Assembly (NCBI GenBank): GCA_040758175.1
Contig: JBFLVU010000002.1
Coordinates: 1-39,834 of the forward strand
Length of the DNA: 39,834 nt
Direction: 5' to 3'
DNA from: Acidobacteriota bacterium
Lineage (GTDB): Bacteria; Acidobacteriota; UBA4820; DSQY01
Part shown: one piece after another, positions 1 through 10,000 of the stretch
Position numbering within the stretch: position 1 is the stretch's first letter
Layout of the letters: the number at the start of each line of letters is the position of its first letter
The notes under the pieces: model-generated
Seen by the model: the letters and a program-made list of their open reading frames with translations, nothing else
What the model was told of the DNA's origin: nothing
Database searches by the model: none
Position numbers and translations under genes: made by a program

Positions 1-1012
1 ACCCAAGGGCGTCGCTCGTCTCCGGCTCGAAGAAGAAGGAGGAGTCGTTGAGGCGCAGTTTGTCCAGGGCCTCGCGCAAGTCCGGATAGGCCGCCGGGTC
101 CACGGGGTAGAGCCCTGCGAAGACCAAGGGTTTCACCTGGCGGAACCCTCCGAAGGGCGACTCGGCGGGCCGAAGGGGGTGGGTGAGCGTGTCGCCGATG
201 GACACCTCCCGCACATCCTTGATGCCCGCGATGACGAACCCCACCTCTCCTGCCTCCAGGAGCGTCACCGGCGCCGGCTTCGGAGTGAAGACGCCCAGCG
301 CCTCCACGGCGAACACCCGCCCCGTGGCCATGAACTTGACCGGATCCTTGACCGCCAGGCGACCGTCCATGATCCGGACGAGCATGACGACCCCCCGGTA
401 GCTGTCGTACCAGGAGTCGAAGACCATGGCCTTCAGCGGAGCCTCGCGGTCACCCCGAGGCGGCGGGAGCCTCTCCACGACGGCCTCGAGGATGTCGGCG
501 ATGCCCAGCCTCTCCTTGGCGGAGGCGAGGATGGATCCGGAGGCGTCGAGCCCGATCACCTCCTCGATCTCCTCCATGGCCTTCTCGGGTTGGGCCGAGG
601 GGAGGTCGATCTTGTTGATGACGGGCACGATTTCCAGGCCCCCGTCCACGGCCAGGTACGCGTTGGCCAGCGTCTGGGCCTCCACGCCCTGGCTGGCGTC
701 CACCACGAGGAGCGCGCCCTCGCAGGCCGCCAAAGCCCGGCTCACCTCGTAGTTGAAATCCACGTGCCCCGGGGTGTCGATGAGGTTGAGGTAGTACTCC
801 CGCCCGTCCCGGGCAGCGTGGACGAGGCGCACGGCATGGGCCTTGATGGTGATTCCCCTCTCCCTCTCCAGGTCCATTCCGTCCAGGAACTGCTCGACCA
901 TCTCCCGCTCCGACACGGCGTGGGTCGCCTCCAGGAGGCGGTCCGACAGGGTGGTCTTCCCGTGGTCGATGTGGGCGATGATGCAGAAGTTCCGGATGCG
1001 GGAGAGTTCCAT
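1..1012 (-). CDS. lepA: Translation elongation factor 4 (LepA), N-terminal ~337 aa; 3' end lies beyond the left edge of the window
   Basis: Absent from the ORF track because the ORF has no stop in the window. Reverse-complement translation from ATG at 1012..1010 reads [30 protein letters not shown]...[15 protein letters not shown]...[14 protein letters not shown]...[11 protein letters not shown] (GTPase G1-G4 motifs). It continues to ...[41 protein letters not shown] at base 1, the characteristic EF4/LepA sequence. Confidence 0.9.
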   Translation of the reverse strand, partial: MELSRIRNFCIIAHIDHGKTTLSDRLLEATHAVSEREMVEQFLDGMDLERERGITIKAHAVRLVHAARDGREYYLNLIDTPGHVDFNYEVSRALAACEGALLVVDASQGVEAQTLANAYLAVDGGLEIVPVINKIDLPSAQPEKAMEEIEEVIGLDASGSILASAKERLGIADILEAVVERLPPPRGDREAPLKAMVFDSWYDSYRGVVMLVRIMDGRLAVKDPVKFMATGRVFAVEALGVFTPKPAPVTLLEAGEVGFVIAGIKDVREVSIGDTLTHPLRPAESPFGGFRQVKPLVFAGLYPVDPAAYPDLREALDKLRLNDSSFFFEPETSDALG

Positions 1013-1111
1013 GTATCTATTTAACCACAGAGACGAAGGAGAGCCCAGCCGTTCCTTGCGAGCAGCCCCGGGCTCCCATCGCCCCGCGGACCCTCGAATC
1101 GGAATGCCCGG

Positions 1112-1495
1112 CTAACCGACGGTCGCTACGGCCTCGATCTCCACCAGGACGTCCTTAGGCAGCCGTGCCACCTCCACCGTCGCACGGGCCGGGGCGCCCT
1201 CTGCGAAGAAGTCCGCGTAGACGGCGTTCATGGCCGCAAAGTCCTCCATACGCTTCAGGTACACCGTGGTCTTCACGACACCGCCCAGGGACGATCCCCC
1301 CGCGTCGAGCACGGCCCGGAGGTTCTCGAGGACCCGGCGCGTCTGGGTTTCGACGTCCGACCCCGCGATCTGTCCGGTAGCGGGGTCCAGGGCGATCTGC
1401 CCCGAACAGAAGAGGAACCCGCCGGCCCGGATCGCCTGTGAATACGGGCCCAGGGCGGCCGGGGCACGTTCCGTGGAAACGATTTCCTTCTTCAT
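1112..1495 (-). CDS. ridA: RidA/YjgF/TdcF family reactive-intermediate (enamine/imine) deaminase, 127 aa
   Basis: Track ORF 1112..1732 trimmed to the internal ATG at 1495. [43 protein letters not shown]...[25 protein letters not shown]...[23 protein letters not shown] is a full-length RidA signature. The upstream 79 aa are R/S-rich shadow sequence. Confidence 0.9.
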   Translation of the reverse strand: MKKEIVSTERAPAALGPYSQAIRAGGFLFCSGQIALDPATGQIAGSDVETQTRRVLENLRAVLDAGGSSLGGVVKTTVYLKRMEDFAAMNAVYADFFAEGAPARATVEVARLPKDVLVEIEAVATVG

Positions 1496-1544
1496 TTCAG
1501 CCCTCCCTGGCGCACCGGCGGAGCAAGAACCCGCCGGCGTGCCG

Positions 1545-2255
1545 TCACGGCACCTCGAAGCGGAGGAACGGGCCTGCCAGCGAGGGCTTTGCACCCTTGC
1601 CGAAATCCGTGAGCGCGACCTCCTCCTCGCCGCTCGCGAGGCGGACCACTCCGAACGGCGCCACCTCGTCCGAGAGCCAGACCTCCGCGGACCTCCCCTC
1701 CTCCGCGACGATGCGCAATCGCCGGCAGACAAGGGTCCTTCGGCCCACCTTCACCTTCTCCTCGGGAAGGGCCTCCAGGCGCCCGAAGGTCGGTCCGATG
1801 GCCGCCGCCCGTTGACCAAATCGGTCTCCGCCCTGCTGCCGGAGACGCTCCAGGGCGGCGCGGTCGATCTCCACGGCCGGCCCATCCCCGTCCTTCGCCC
1901 GGACGGACACGATGTTGGCGTCCTCCGTGGGATCTCCCTTGAGGAGGTAGGCCGCCACCGAGGGCACCCCGCCGGAGGAAGTGCGGATCTCCATCCAAAG
2001 GCCTTCGGGGCCTTCCCCGACCACGGCGAAGGTGAGGTCCGCCTCCTCGCCGCGAGCGTCCTTGACGTGGTAAGTGCTCCAGGCGCCCTGGCGGGGAGCC
2101 CACTGGTGGTAGAACTCCGGAAAGAAGGAAGAGGCCTCGGAGGCCAGGCCGGCGAGCCACAGCAGCGCCGGCGCGAGAAGGATCGCCGCGGCCCTGGCAA
2201 CCCGCAGGGCCGGCGGGCGGGGCGGCAGGGACACCGTATCGGGGCGGGTTCGCAT
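1545..2255 (-). CDS. Hypothetical secreted protein (N-terminal signal peptide), 236 aa
   Basis: Track ORF 1545..2948 trimmed to the ATG at 2255, five nt downstream (in the minus-strand transcription direction) of the stop of the preceding gene (2261). N-terminus [41 protein letters not shown] looks like a signal peptide. The rest has ordinary, non-shadow composition. No family recognised. Confidence 0.6.
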   Translation of the reverse strand: MRTRPDTVSLPPRPPALRVARAAAILLAPALLWLAGLASEASSFFPEFYHQWAPRQGAWSTYHVKDARGEEADLTFAVVGEGPEGLWMEIRTSSGGVPSVAAYLLKGDPTEDANIVSVRAKDGDGPAVEIDRAALERLRQQGGDRFGQRAAAIGPTFGRLEALPEEKVKVGRRTLVCRRLRIVAEEGRSAEVWLSDEVAPFGVVRLASGEEEVALTDFGKGAKPSLAGPFLRFEVP

Positions 2256-2260
2256 TCGGG

Positions 2261-3622
2261 TCAGTTCCTCAGGGACGTTATGGGCGCCGGGATCACGCCG
2301 CCGCGGCCCACGAATCCGGAGCAGGAGAGCGTGCGGATCTCCTGGATGGGGGCGTCGCCGAGGAGTCCCCCGAAGGAGACCAACTCCCCCACCCGCTTCC
2401 CGTAGGCGGGGATGACGCGAACGGCGGTCGTCTTGTGGTTGACGATGCCGATGGCGAGTTCGTCTGCGATGAATCCGGCCAGGACGTCTTCCTCCACGTC
2501 CCCCGGAACGGCCACCATGTCCAGCCCCACGGAGCACACGCTGGTCATGGCCTCGAGCTTCTCCAGGGAGAGGTGCCCCTCGCGGGCCGCGGAGATCATG
2601 GTGGCATCCTCGCTGACCGGGATGAAGGCTCCCGAGAGTCCGCCCACGGCGGATGTGGCCATGGCCCCGCCCTTCTTCACGGCGTCCGTGAGAAGCGCGA
2701 GGGCCGCCGTGGTCCCGCACGCGCCCACGCGCTCCAGTCCCATGGCTTCCAGGACTTCCCCCACCGAGTCGCCGAGTTCGGGGGTCGGGGCCAGGGAGAG
2801 GTCCACGATCCCGAAGGGGACGCCCAGGCGGCCCGCCACCTGACGGCCGATCAGCTCGCCCACCCGTGTGATTTTGAAGGCCGCCCGCTTGATGACCTCT
2901 TCGAGGGCCCGCAGGTCGCAGGAACCCGCCCTCTTGATGGCCTCGCAAACGACCCCCGGGCCGCTCACGCCCGTGTGGATGACGACCTCCGGGAGCCCCA
3001 CCCCGTGGAAGGCCCCCGCCATGAAGGGATTGTCCTCCACGGCGTTGGCGAAGACGACGAACTTGGCGCAGCCGATGCTACCCGATTCCCTCGTCCGGTA
3101 GGCCGTGTCCTTGAGGAGGCGGGCCACGGTTCGCACGGCGTCCACGTTGAGCCCCGTCCGGCTGGAACCGGCGTTTACGGAGGAGCACAGGCGCGAGGTG
3201 GAGGAGAGGGCCTCGGGGATCGAGGAGAGGAGGGCCCGGTCGGCGTCCGTGAAGCCCGCGTGGACGAGGGCCGAGTACCCGCCCACGAAGTCGAATCCCA
3301 TCTCCGACGCGGCCCGGTCTATGGCCCGGGCGATCTCCAGGTAGGCCGACGGATCGCATCGGGTGCTGATCAGGGACACGGGCGAGATGGACAGGCGGCG
3401 GTTGGCCACCCGGATCCCCAGGTCGTCTGCCGTGGCGTTGACGGCGGCCGGGAGCGGAGAGGCGATCCGCTTCAGTTTTTCATACACTCGGCTGGCGGCC
3501 TCGCTCGGATCCGGATGGGCGCAGTCCAGCAGACTGATGCCCAGGGTCACGGTCCGGACGTCAAAGTGCTCCAGCTCGGTCATCCGAAGGGTTTCGAGGA
3601 TTTCGCGCCGCGTGTAGGTCAT
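2261..3622 (-). CDS. UPF0210 / DUF711 (PFL4705-like) family protein, 453 aa
   Basis: MTYTRREILETLRMTELEHFDVRTVTLGISLLDC... with the typical ~450-aa length and the ending ...GGVIPAPITSLRN matches my recollection of the UPF0210 family. Lies immediately downstream of an ACT-domain UPF0237-like gene, which is the conserved pairing. Confidence 0.85.
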   Translation of the reverse strand: MTYTRREILETLRMTELEHFDVRTVTLGISLLDCAHPDPSEAASRVYEKLKRIASPLPAAVNATADDLGIRVANRRLSISPVSLISTRCDPSAYLEIARAIDRAASEMGFDFVGGYSALVHAGFTDADRALLSSIPEALSSTSRLCSSVNAGSSRTGLNVDAVRTVARLLKDTAYRTRESGSIGCAKFVVFANAVEDNPFMAGAFHGVGLPEVVIHTGVSGPGVVCEAIKRAGSCDLRALEEVIKRAAFKITRVGELIGRQVAGRLGVPFGIVDLSLAPTPELGDSVGEVLEAMGLERVGACGTTAALALLTDAVKKGGAMATSAVGGLSGAFIPVSEDATMISAAREGHLSLEKLEAMTSVCSVGLDMVAVPGDVEEDVLAGFIADELAIGIVNHKTTAVRVIPAYGKRVGELVSFGGLLGDAPIQEIRTLSCSGFVGRGGVIPAPITSLRN

Positions 3623-3650
3623 CGCATTCGCTCTCCGCGCCCGATCAGCG

Positions 3651-4073
3651 TCAGACCCGGTTCACGGCGCGCATCATGTCCTCGTACTGCACGAAGACCA
3701 GGACGCCCACCTCTTCCCCGCGCCGCTTGAGGGAGGCCCTCAGATCTTCGAAGGAGACCGGGGAGCCCGAGGGATCCAGAATCATCATCATGGCGAAGTT
3801 CCCGTGTACCAGGGTCTGGTTGATGTCCACGATGTCCACGGAGAGCTCCGCGAGGACCTCGGAGAAGGCGTGGACGATGCCCGTGCGGTTCCGCCCCAGG
3901 GCCGTGAAGACCACGTGGCGCGCGCCCGGACCTTCCCGTTCCAGGAAGGGCTGGGATTCGAGAAGGCGGACCATGTCCGCAACGACCCCCTCGAGGGCCT
4001 CCCGGGAGGCCTCCCGGGGGAGGTGCCTAAGCACGATGTCCGATACGGCCACGGCCAGGGCTTCTCGGTCCAT
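3651..4073 (-). CDS. ACT-domain protein, UPF0237 family, with ~50-aa N-terminal extension (start uncertain)
   Basis: The C-terminal ~90 aa, ARHVVFTALGRNRTGIVHAFSEVLAELSVDIVDINQTLVHGNFAMMMILDP...VLVFVQYEDMMRAVNRV, is the UPF0237 ACT fold pattern. Family members are usually ~90 aa. The alternative start M34 (MVRLLES) would give 107 aa. Confidence 0.8.
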   Translation of the reverse strand: MDREALAVAVSDIVLRHLPREASREALEGVVADMVRLLESQPFLEREGPGARHVVFTALGRNRTGIVHAFSEVLAELSVDIVDINQTLVHGNFAMMMILDPSGSPVSFEDLRASLKRRGEEVGVLVFVQYEDMMRAVNRV

Positions 4074-4173
4074 GGGACCCTCCCGCTTGAGGATACCCGA
4101 AGCGGACTGCCGAATGATAGGGCTCCGGAGCCCCTTGCGCCGGAGGCGCTCGAGGAGTTACGTTGGAGGAGGA

Positions 4174-4572
4174 ATGTTCGAGAACAAAATGGTGGTTCGC
4201 TTCAAGGACGGCGCAACGCTCTCCGGGTTCGGGGACAACTTCATGCCCGGAGAGACGGAAATCTTGATGCAGGACCTGGAGGAGCGGCTTCACAGGCTGC
4301 CGCTGTCGGGCGTGAAGATGGTCTGCTTCGTTCGGTCCTTCACGTCGGACTCGGGGGAGACGCACAGGATCCCCGGCCGGGTTCTCTACCAGCCCGTCCC
4401 GGGATCGCGCGTCAGGGTCTCCTTCCGGGACGGGGAGGTCCTGGAGGGGGTGTCCGCCGTGCGATCCCGCCCCAGGGCCGGGTTTTTCCTGACCCCTCTC
4501 AATCCGAACAGCAACAACCTCCACGTCTACGTGAACATGGACGAGGTGATCAGCTTTCGCTTTCTCGACTGA
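4174..4572 (+). CDS. Hypothetical small protein (132 aa) with an internal duplicated (V)xF(K/R)DG..L.G module
   Basis: Track ORF 3676..4572 trimmed to the ATG at 4174, which is preceded by GGAGGAGGA. Sequence is [20 protein letters not shown]... and ...[15 protein letters not shown]...[31 protein letters not shown]. The upstream part of the track ORF is antisense to the ACT gene. Confidence 0.6.
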   Translation: MFENKMVVRFKDGATLSGFGDNFMPGETEILMQDLEERLHRLPLSGVKMVCFVRSFTSDSGETHRIPGRVLYQPVPGSRVRVSFRDGEVLEGVSAVRSRPRAGFFLTPLNPNSNNLHVYVNMDEVISFRFLD

Positions 4573-7500
4573 GCCAGATCCTCTCCGGCCGAACCATGGG
4601 CGGAGTGAGGAAGAGTTTCATCCCCATGACGTCGGGCTGCTGGGGCACGATGCCCCGCGTGTGGTAGAGGAAGATGCACGGGGCGTCCTCGATGAGCATG
4701 TCCTCCGCCTTCCTGTACAGGTCCACCCGCTCCTCCGGGTTGAGGGAGCGCCGGGCCCGGTCCACGACCTCGTCGAACTGTGGATTCCGGTAGTGGACTT
4801 CGAGCACGTCCCCTCCCAACGAGTGGAAGAGGAAGTGCATGAAGGAGTCCGGATCGGGATAGTCGGCGTACCACCCCGTCGCGTACAGGGCGGGTTTTCC
4901 GCGCGTCTTCCTCAGGGCCTCGAAGGACTCGTGGCTCATGGGTTCCGCCTCTACCCTCACGTTCACGGCCCTGAGCATCTCGACGAGCACGGAAAACTCC
5001 TTGGCCTGCCTCACCCGGCTCGTATCCACGGGGACCTTCAGGTCGAGCCCCGATCCGAATCCGGCTTTCTGGAGCAGCCATTTGGCGCGTTCCGGGTCGT
5101 AGTGGAAGCCCCTTAGGTCTTGGCGGTACCCCAGGATGCCTGGGGGCAGGATTCCTCGGGCCGGGGTCGAGCGGGCGTGAACGTATTGGCCCACCAAAGA
5201 CTCCCGGTCAACGGCGAAGTTCATCGCTTGCCGGACCTCCTTCACGTTCAACGGGGCGAGGTCGTTGCGGATGCTCACAAAGATGGTGTTGAGGAGCACC
5301 GTGCTCTGGGTGTGGTTCTGCCAGAAGGGGTCCTGGAGAAGCCTTTCGACGGCATCGTTGGAGAAATTGGAAACCAAGTGGACCTGACCGCGCTTCAGCG
5401 CCGCATCCAGGCACTCCTCGTCCCGGCACGAGAAGTCGAAGACGACCCGATCCAGGTAGGGGACGCCGCTCTCCCAGTACCCCGAGAAGCGCTCCATCCT
5501 CACACGGTCCGGAGAGGCCTCGGCGACCGAGAAGGGGCCGCATCCCAGGGGCTTTACCAGGCGGAGCGTCTGCTCGTCGAAGGCCTCCCGGGGCATGACG
5601 GAGGCCTCGGGGTACGCCAGGAAGTACAGGAAGAAGGCAAGGGGCTCTTTGAGACGGACTTCCACCGTGCGGTCGTCCGGGGCGCTCAGGCCCGAGAGGG
5701 TCCTGGCCTTTCCTTCCACGTAGTCCTCTATCCCTTCCACCGGACCCAGAAAGGACTTTCCTTCGGACAGCAGTTTGGGTGAGGCCGCCCGGTGCCAGGA
5801 GTACAGGACGTCCGCGGATGTCACGGGCCGGCCGTTGTGGAACACCACACCGTTGCGCAGGCGGAATGTATACACCCGGCCGTCCGTGCTCAGCCGCCAC
5901 GATTCCGCGACGCCCGGGAGGACCTGGGTGCCCTGCCCTAGGCGGACGAGGCCCTCGCAGTAGGGATGGACCACCTCGTGGTCCCGGATGTTGTTGGCGA
6001 AGGCCGGGTCCAGGTGGTATTCGTAGGCCACCCCGCCCAGGCGAAGCTCGCCTCCCCGGCGGGCCTTCGGCAGCTGAAAGGACGTGAGTTCCTCCACGAG
6101 GATGAGGGACTCCTGCTTGAGGGCGGCCGAGGTGGCCGAGAGTTCCCGTGCGCCGTGGAGGTTCTGCTCGGCCGATCCCGAGATGGCGTCCATGGCGCCC
6201 ACGATCTGCTGGCCCGCCTGGGACATGCGGATCAGCGCCCTCTGGATGGCCTCCACGGAACTCCGGACCTGGTCCATGCCCTCGGCGATGGTGTTGCTTC
6301 CGCCGGCTTCCTCCTCCATGGCCCGGTCCACGTTGCGGGTCAGGTCCTTCATGACCTCGGAGCGTTTGCTGATGTGCCGCGAGGTCTGCGCCTGCTCGCG
6401 GGTGGCCGTGGAGATGCGCTCGATGCGTTTGGTCATCTCTTCGATGGCCGCGGTCACCTGTCGGCTGCCCTTGGCCTGCTCCGAGGCGGCCCGCGCGATG
6501 TGGCTGATGCTCGTGCCGGCCCCCTCGATGGCCTTTCCGATCTTTTGCAGGGTGGCCTCGGCGCTCTGTCCCAACCGGAGCCCCTCGTCCACCTTGACCA
6601 TGCCTTCCTGGGCCACCCGGCTCGCCTCCTCGACCTCCCGCTGGATGGTCTGGATGATGGTGGCCACTTCGCCCGTGGAGGCCGTGGTTCGCTCGCTGAG
6701 GTCACGGATCTCCTCCGCCACCACGCCGAAGGAACGCCCGTGCTCTCCCGCCTGCGCCGCGATGATGGCGGCGTTCAGGGCCAGGAGGTTCGTCTGGTCG
6801 GCGATGTCGCGGATCACCTTCAGGATTTTTCCGATGTCTCGGGACCTGTCCACAAGGGAATTCATGGCCTCCTGGTTCGTGGTCATGACGTTGTGAATGG
6901 TCGAAAGGGCCACCACGGTGTGCTTGACGGCCTCCTCCCCGGTTCGGGCCGTGTCGAGGACCTGCCGAGAAATCCCCTCGGTGTCCCGTATGTTCTCCTC
7001 GATTTGGCTGATGGTGGCGTCCATTTCGACCATGGCCGAGGAATTCTCGATGGCGAAGGAGGACAGGCTTTCCCCGTGGCCGGCCACCTCGTCGATGGAT
7101 CTGGACATCTCCTCGATGGAAGCGCTGATCTCATCCACCAGCGCCGACAGGCTGTGGGTAGCCCCGAGGACCTCCTCGATGGAGGCACGCATCTCCAGAA
7201 TGGCGCTGGAAGTCTTCTCGGTGAACCCGGAAAGGCCGTCCACGCTCTCCACGACCTTCTCGATCTCCCCTTCGAGGGAGGTGAGGGAGTGTCGGACGCC
7301 GGATACGGATTTCGCCTGATCCTCCGCTTCCGAGAAGAGCTGCTGGGCCTTCTCCGAGATGCGTCCCGAGGCTTCCGAAACCCCGGCCCCCGTGTCCTGG
7401 AGGTGCCCGATGATGCCCTGGAGCGAAGAGAGAACCCTTTTCAGTCCCGGAAATGCCTCCAGGACGCCCCGCGTGCTCGTGTCCTGGCCGACGTCCAGGC

Positions 7501-7732
7501 TCCCCGAAGCGATTCGGCGGAGGATGTCGTCCAGGTGTTCCTTGGAGTAGGACCTCTGCTGAAAAAGGAGCACGGCCGTCCCGAGGGCCCCCATGGCGCC
7601 CGACACGAGGATGAAGGCCCAGAACCGGCCGCTGAACGTGCCGGCGGGCAGGATGAGGCGGGCCAAAACGGCCAGCAGGGCCGCAGAGGCCACACCTCCC
7701 AGAATCACACTGCTCCAAGCGCGCCTCGCCAC
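4550..7732 (-). CDS. Fusion protein: 2-TM anchor + HAMP-like + methyl-accepting chemotaxis (MCP) signalling domain + C-terminal family-5 (OppA/DppA/NikA-type) solute-binding domain, 1060 aa
   Basis: GTG start at 7732 with AGGAGG 5 nt upstream. Two hydrophobic helices lie at about aa 8-27 and 37-57. MCP hairpin-tip motif [40 protein letters not shown] is at aa ~310-349. From aa ~560: [35 protein letters not shown]... and ...[13 protein letters not shown]..., classic SBP_bac_5 signatures. Confidence 0.85.
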   Translation of the reverse strand: MARRAWSSVILGGVASAALLAVLARLILPAGTFSGRFWAFILVSGAMGALGTAVLLFQQRSYSKEHLDDILRRIASGSLDVGQDTSTRGVLEAFPGLKRVLSSLQGIIGHLQDTGAGVSEASGRISEKAQQLFSEAEDQAKSVSGVRHSLTSLEGEIEKVVESVDGLSGFTEKTSSAILEMRASIEEVLGATHSLSALVDEISASIEEMSRSIDEVAGHGESLSSFAIENSSAMVEMDATISQIEENIRDTEGISRQVLDTARTGEEAVKHTVVALSTIHNVMTTNQEAMNSLVDRSRDIGKILKVIRDIADQTNLLALNAAIIAAQAGEHGRSFGVVAEEIRDLSERTTASTGEVATIIQTIQREVEEASRVAQEGMVKVDEGLRLGQSAEATLQKIGKAIEGAGTSISHIARAASEQAKGSRQVTAAIEEMTKRIERISTATREQAQTSRHISKRSEVMKDLTRNVDRAMEEEAGGSNTIAEGMDQVRSSVEAIQRALIRMSQAGQQIVGAMDAISGSAEQNLHGARELSATSAALKQESLILVEELTSFQLPKARRGGELRLGGVAYEYHLDPAFANNIRDHEVVHPYCEGLVRLGQGTQVLPGVAESWRLSTDGRVYTFRLRNGVVFHNGRPVTSADVLYSWHRAASPKLLSEGKSFLGPVEGIEDYVEGKARTLSGLSAPDDRTVEVRLKEPLAFFLYFLAYPEASVMPREAFDEQTLRLVKPLGCGPFSVAEASPDRVRMERFSGYWESGVPYLDRVVFDFSCRDEECLDAALKRGQVHLVSNFSNDAVERLLQDPFWQNHTQSTVLLNTIFVSIRNDLAPLNVKEVRQAMNFAVDRESLVGQYVHARSTPARGILPPGILGYRQDLRGFHYDPERAKWLLQKAGFGSGLDLKVPVDTSRVRQAKEFSVLVEMLRAVNVRVEAEPMSHESFEALRKTRGKPALYATGWYADYPDPDSFMHFLFHSLGGDVLEVHYRNPQFDEVVDRARRSLNPEERVDLYRKAEDMLIEDAPCIFLYHTRGIVPQQPDVMGMKLFLTPPMVRPERIWLSRESES

Positions 7733-7843
7733 GGACCCCTCCTACGACATACGTCACCATCCTAGGCAAGAGCCCCGGGGGTGTCAATTGAGGGAAAACG
7801 GCCGGGAGCCCCGAGGGGGCGGTTTTTGCTACAATGGCCTGCC

Positions 7844-9994
7844 ATGCTGCCGCGCATAGACCGCGTCCTCGAGAAGGTGAAGACCTACAACCCCTCGTCG
7901 GACGAACGTCTGCTCCAAAAGGCCTACCTCTTCTCGGCGCTCGCCCACGAGGGCCAGCTGAGGTACACGGGGGAACCCTACCTCGTCCATCCGGTGGCGG
8001 TGACCGACATCCTGGCGGACCTGAAGGCCGACGACACGGCCCTCGTGGCGGGGCTCCTTCACGACGTCGTCGAGGACAACCACTCGGTCACCCTGGAGGA
8101 CATCCAGAAGCGCTTCGGGCGCGACGTGGCCCACATCGTGGACGGGGTGACGAAGATCGAGGACCAAGTCCCCCTCACGAGCCGCCAGGAGAGGGAGTGG
8201 GCCTCCCTCCGCAAGGTCATCCTCGCCATGGTGGACGATATCCGCGTGATCCTCGTGAAGCTCGCGGACCGGCTCCACAACCTGCGGACACTCGACGGCC
8301 TTCCCCCCGAGCGGCGCCCGGTCAAGGCCCTTGAGACCCTGCAGATCTACGCGCCCATCGCCTACCGCCTCGGCCTCGGGCGGATCAAGACCGAACTGGA
8401 GGACCTCTCCTTCCGCCACGCCTACCCGGAAGACTACGCCGCCCTTTCGGAGGCCCTCCAGAACCGGCGGACCTACAGCCAGGACTTCATCCAGGAGACC
8501 GCCGCCGAGATCCAGGCCATTCTGGACGCGAACAAGGTCAGAGGGGAGGTCTTCGGCCGGGTCAAGCACCTCTACAGCATCTTCCTCAAGCTCAGGCGGC
8601 AAGAGATCTCCCTGGAGCAGGTCTACGATTACATGGCGTTTCGGGTCCTCGTCCCGTCCGTGAAGGACTGCTACGCGGTGCTGGGGGGCATCCACGGCAA
8701 GTGGATTCCGGTGCCGGGGCGCTTCAAGGACTTCGTGGCCCTGCCCAAGGAGAACCATTACAGGTCCCTCCACACCTCCGTCGTGGGACCCCACGGCCAG
8801 CCCTTCGAGATCCAGATCCGGACCTTCCAGATGCACGAGGAGGCGGAGAACGGCATCGCCGCGCACTGGCAGTACAAAGAAGGGAAGCTCTCCAAGGAGG
8901 ACGAGGCCGCCACGACCCATTGGCTGCGGCAACTCCTCGAATGGCGCCAGGACGGCGGCACCGACAAGGACTTCCTCCACGACCTGCGGGTGGACCTCTT
9001 CCCCAAGGAGGTCTACGTGTTCACGCCCCGCGGGGAGGTCATGTCGTTCCCGAGGGGCGCGACGCCCATCGACTTCGCCTTCGCCATCCACTCGGAAGTG
9101 GGGCACCGCTGCGTGGGGGCCAAGATCAACGGGAAGCTCGTTCCCCTAAAGACGCCCCTCAAGAGCGGGGACCGCGTCGAAATCGTCACGAGCCCCCAGG
9201 GTAGGCCTTCGAGGGACTGGCTCAAGGCGGCCGTCACCGGCCGCGCCCTCTCGAAGATCAAGGCCTGGCTCAACTTCCAGGAGAAGGCCCGCGCCCTCGA
9301 GATCGGGAAGGCCGCCCTGGACCGCGAGCTGAAGCGACTGAAGGTGGGGATTAAGGAATCCCTGGAATCGGGGCTCCTCCAGGAGGCCTTGAAGAAGGTC
9401 TCCGTATCGGACCTGGACGCCCTTCACGCGGAGATCGGCTACGGGAAGATCTCCGCGCGCGTGTTCGCCCGCCGCCTGGTTCCCCCCGCGCCGGAGCCTG
9501 CGGCGCCCTCCGCCCCGGCCGCCCCGCCCGCGGCGCCCGGGGAACCGACCGGGGTGGTCCGCGGCGCCGCGGACCTCCTCACGACCCTGGCCCGGTGTTG
9601 CAAGCCCATTCGCGGGGACGACGTGGTCGGCTTCATCTCGCGGGGCCGCGGACTGGTCATCCACCGGGCGGACTGCCCCAACGTCTCACGGCTCAAGTAC
9701 AATCCCGACCGCTTCATGGAGGTCCGCTGGAGTGAGAAGGAGACCTCCTCCGCCGGCCACGAGGTCCACCTGGCCATCCAGACGGAGGACAAAACAGGAA
9801 TGGTGGCCGCCATCACCCAGATCGTGGCCGACGCGAAGGCGCCCTTGAGGCACCTCGAAGCCTCCGTCAACGACCGCGGAGAGGGCGTCATCCGCCTCGC
9901 CGTCCTCATCCGCGACAAGTCCCACCTTTCGGCCATCCAGACGCGGATCGCCCGCATCCCCGGCGTCCTCGGCCTTCGCCGCGTGAACCGGTAG
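7844..9994 (+). CDS. relA: Bifunctional (p)ppGpp synthetase/hydrolase, RelA/SpoT family
   Basis: Trimmed from 7781 to the ATG at 7844 (MLPRIDRVLEKVKTYNPSSDERLLQKAYLFSALAHEGQLRYTGEPYLVHPVAV..LLHDVVEDN = HD hydrolase domain). The RelA_SpoT synthetase region (YRSLHTSVVGPHGQPFEIQIRT), TGS (VFTPRGEVMSFPRGATPIDFAFAIHSEVG) and a C-terminal ACT-like region are all present. Confidence 0.92.
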   Translation: MLPRIDRVLEKVKTYNPSSDERLLQKAYLFSALAHEGQLRYTGEPYLVHPVAVTDILADLKADDTALVAGLLHDVVEDNHSVTLEDIQKRFGRDVAHIVDGVTKIEDQVPLTSRQEREWASLRKVILAMVDDIRVILVKLADRLHNLRTLDGLPPERRPVKALETLQIYAPIAYRLGLGRIKTELEDLSFRHAYPEDYAALSEALQNRRTYSQDFIQETAAEIQAILDANKVRGEVFGRVKHLYSIFLKLRRQEISLEQVYDYMAFRVLVPSVKDCYAVLGGIHGKWIPVPGRFKDFVALPKENHYRSLHTSVVGPHGQPFEIQIRTFQMHEEAENGIAAHWQYKEGKLSKEDEAATTHWLRQLLEWRQDGGTDKDFLHDLRVDLFPKEVYVFTPRGEVMSFPRGATPIDFAFAIHSEVGHRCVGAKINGKLVPLKTPLKSGDRVEIVTSPQGRPSRDWLKAAVTGRALSKIKAWLNFQEKARALEIGKAALDRELKRLKVGIKESLESGLLQEALKKVSVSDLDALHAEIGYGKISARVFARRLVPPAPEPAAPSAPAAPPAAPGEPTGVVRGAADLLTTLARCCKPIRGDDVVGFISRGRGLVIHRADCPNVSRLKYNPDRFMEVRWSEKETSSAGHEVHLAIQTEDKTGMVAAITQIVADAKAPLRHLEASVNDRGEGVIRLAVLIRDKSHLSAIQTRIARIPGVLGLRRVNR

Positions 9995-10000
9995 CGCCCC

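Noticed and set aside
179-1024. 281-aa plus-strand ORF (and nested ORFs at 183..401, 426..752, 843..1115)
   Set aside because: It is antisense to an unmistakable lepA reading frame. Its H/D/G/R/P-rich composition is typical of shadow ORFs in GC-rich DNA, and it has no recognisable motifs.
7788-7793. TTGAGG as the -35 element for the relA TACAAT box
   Set aside because: The spacing to the -10 hexamer is about 36 nt, far outside the 16-19-nt range.
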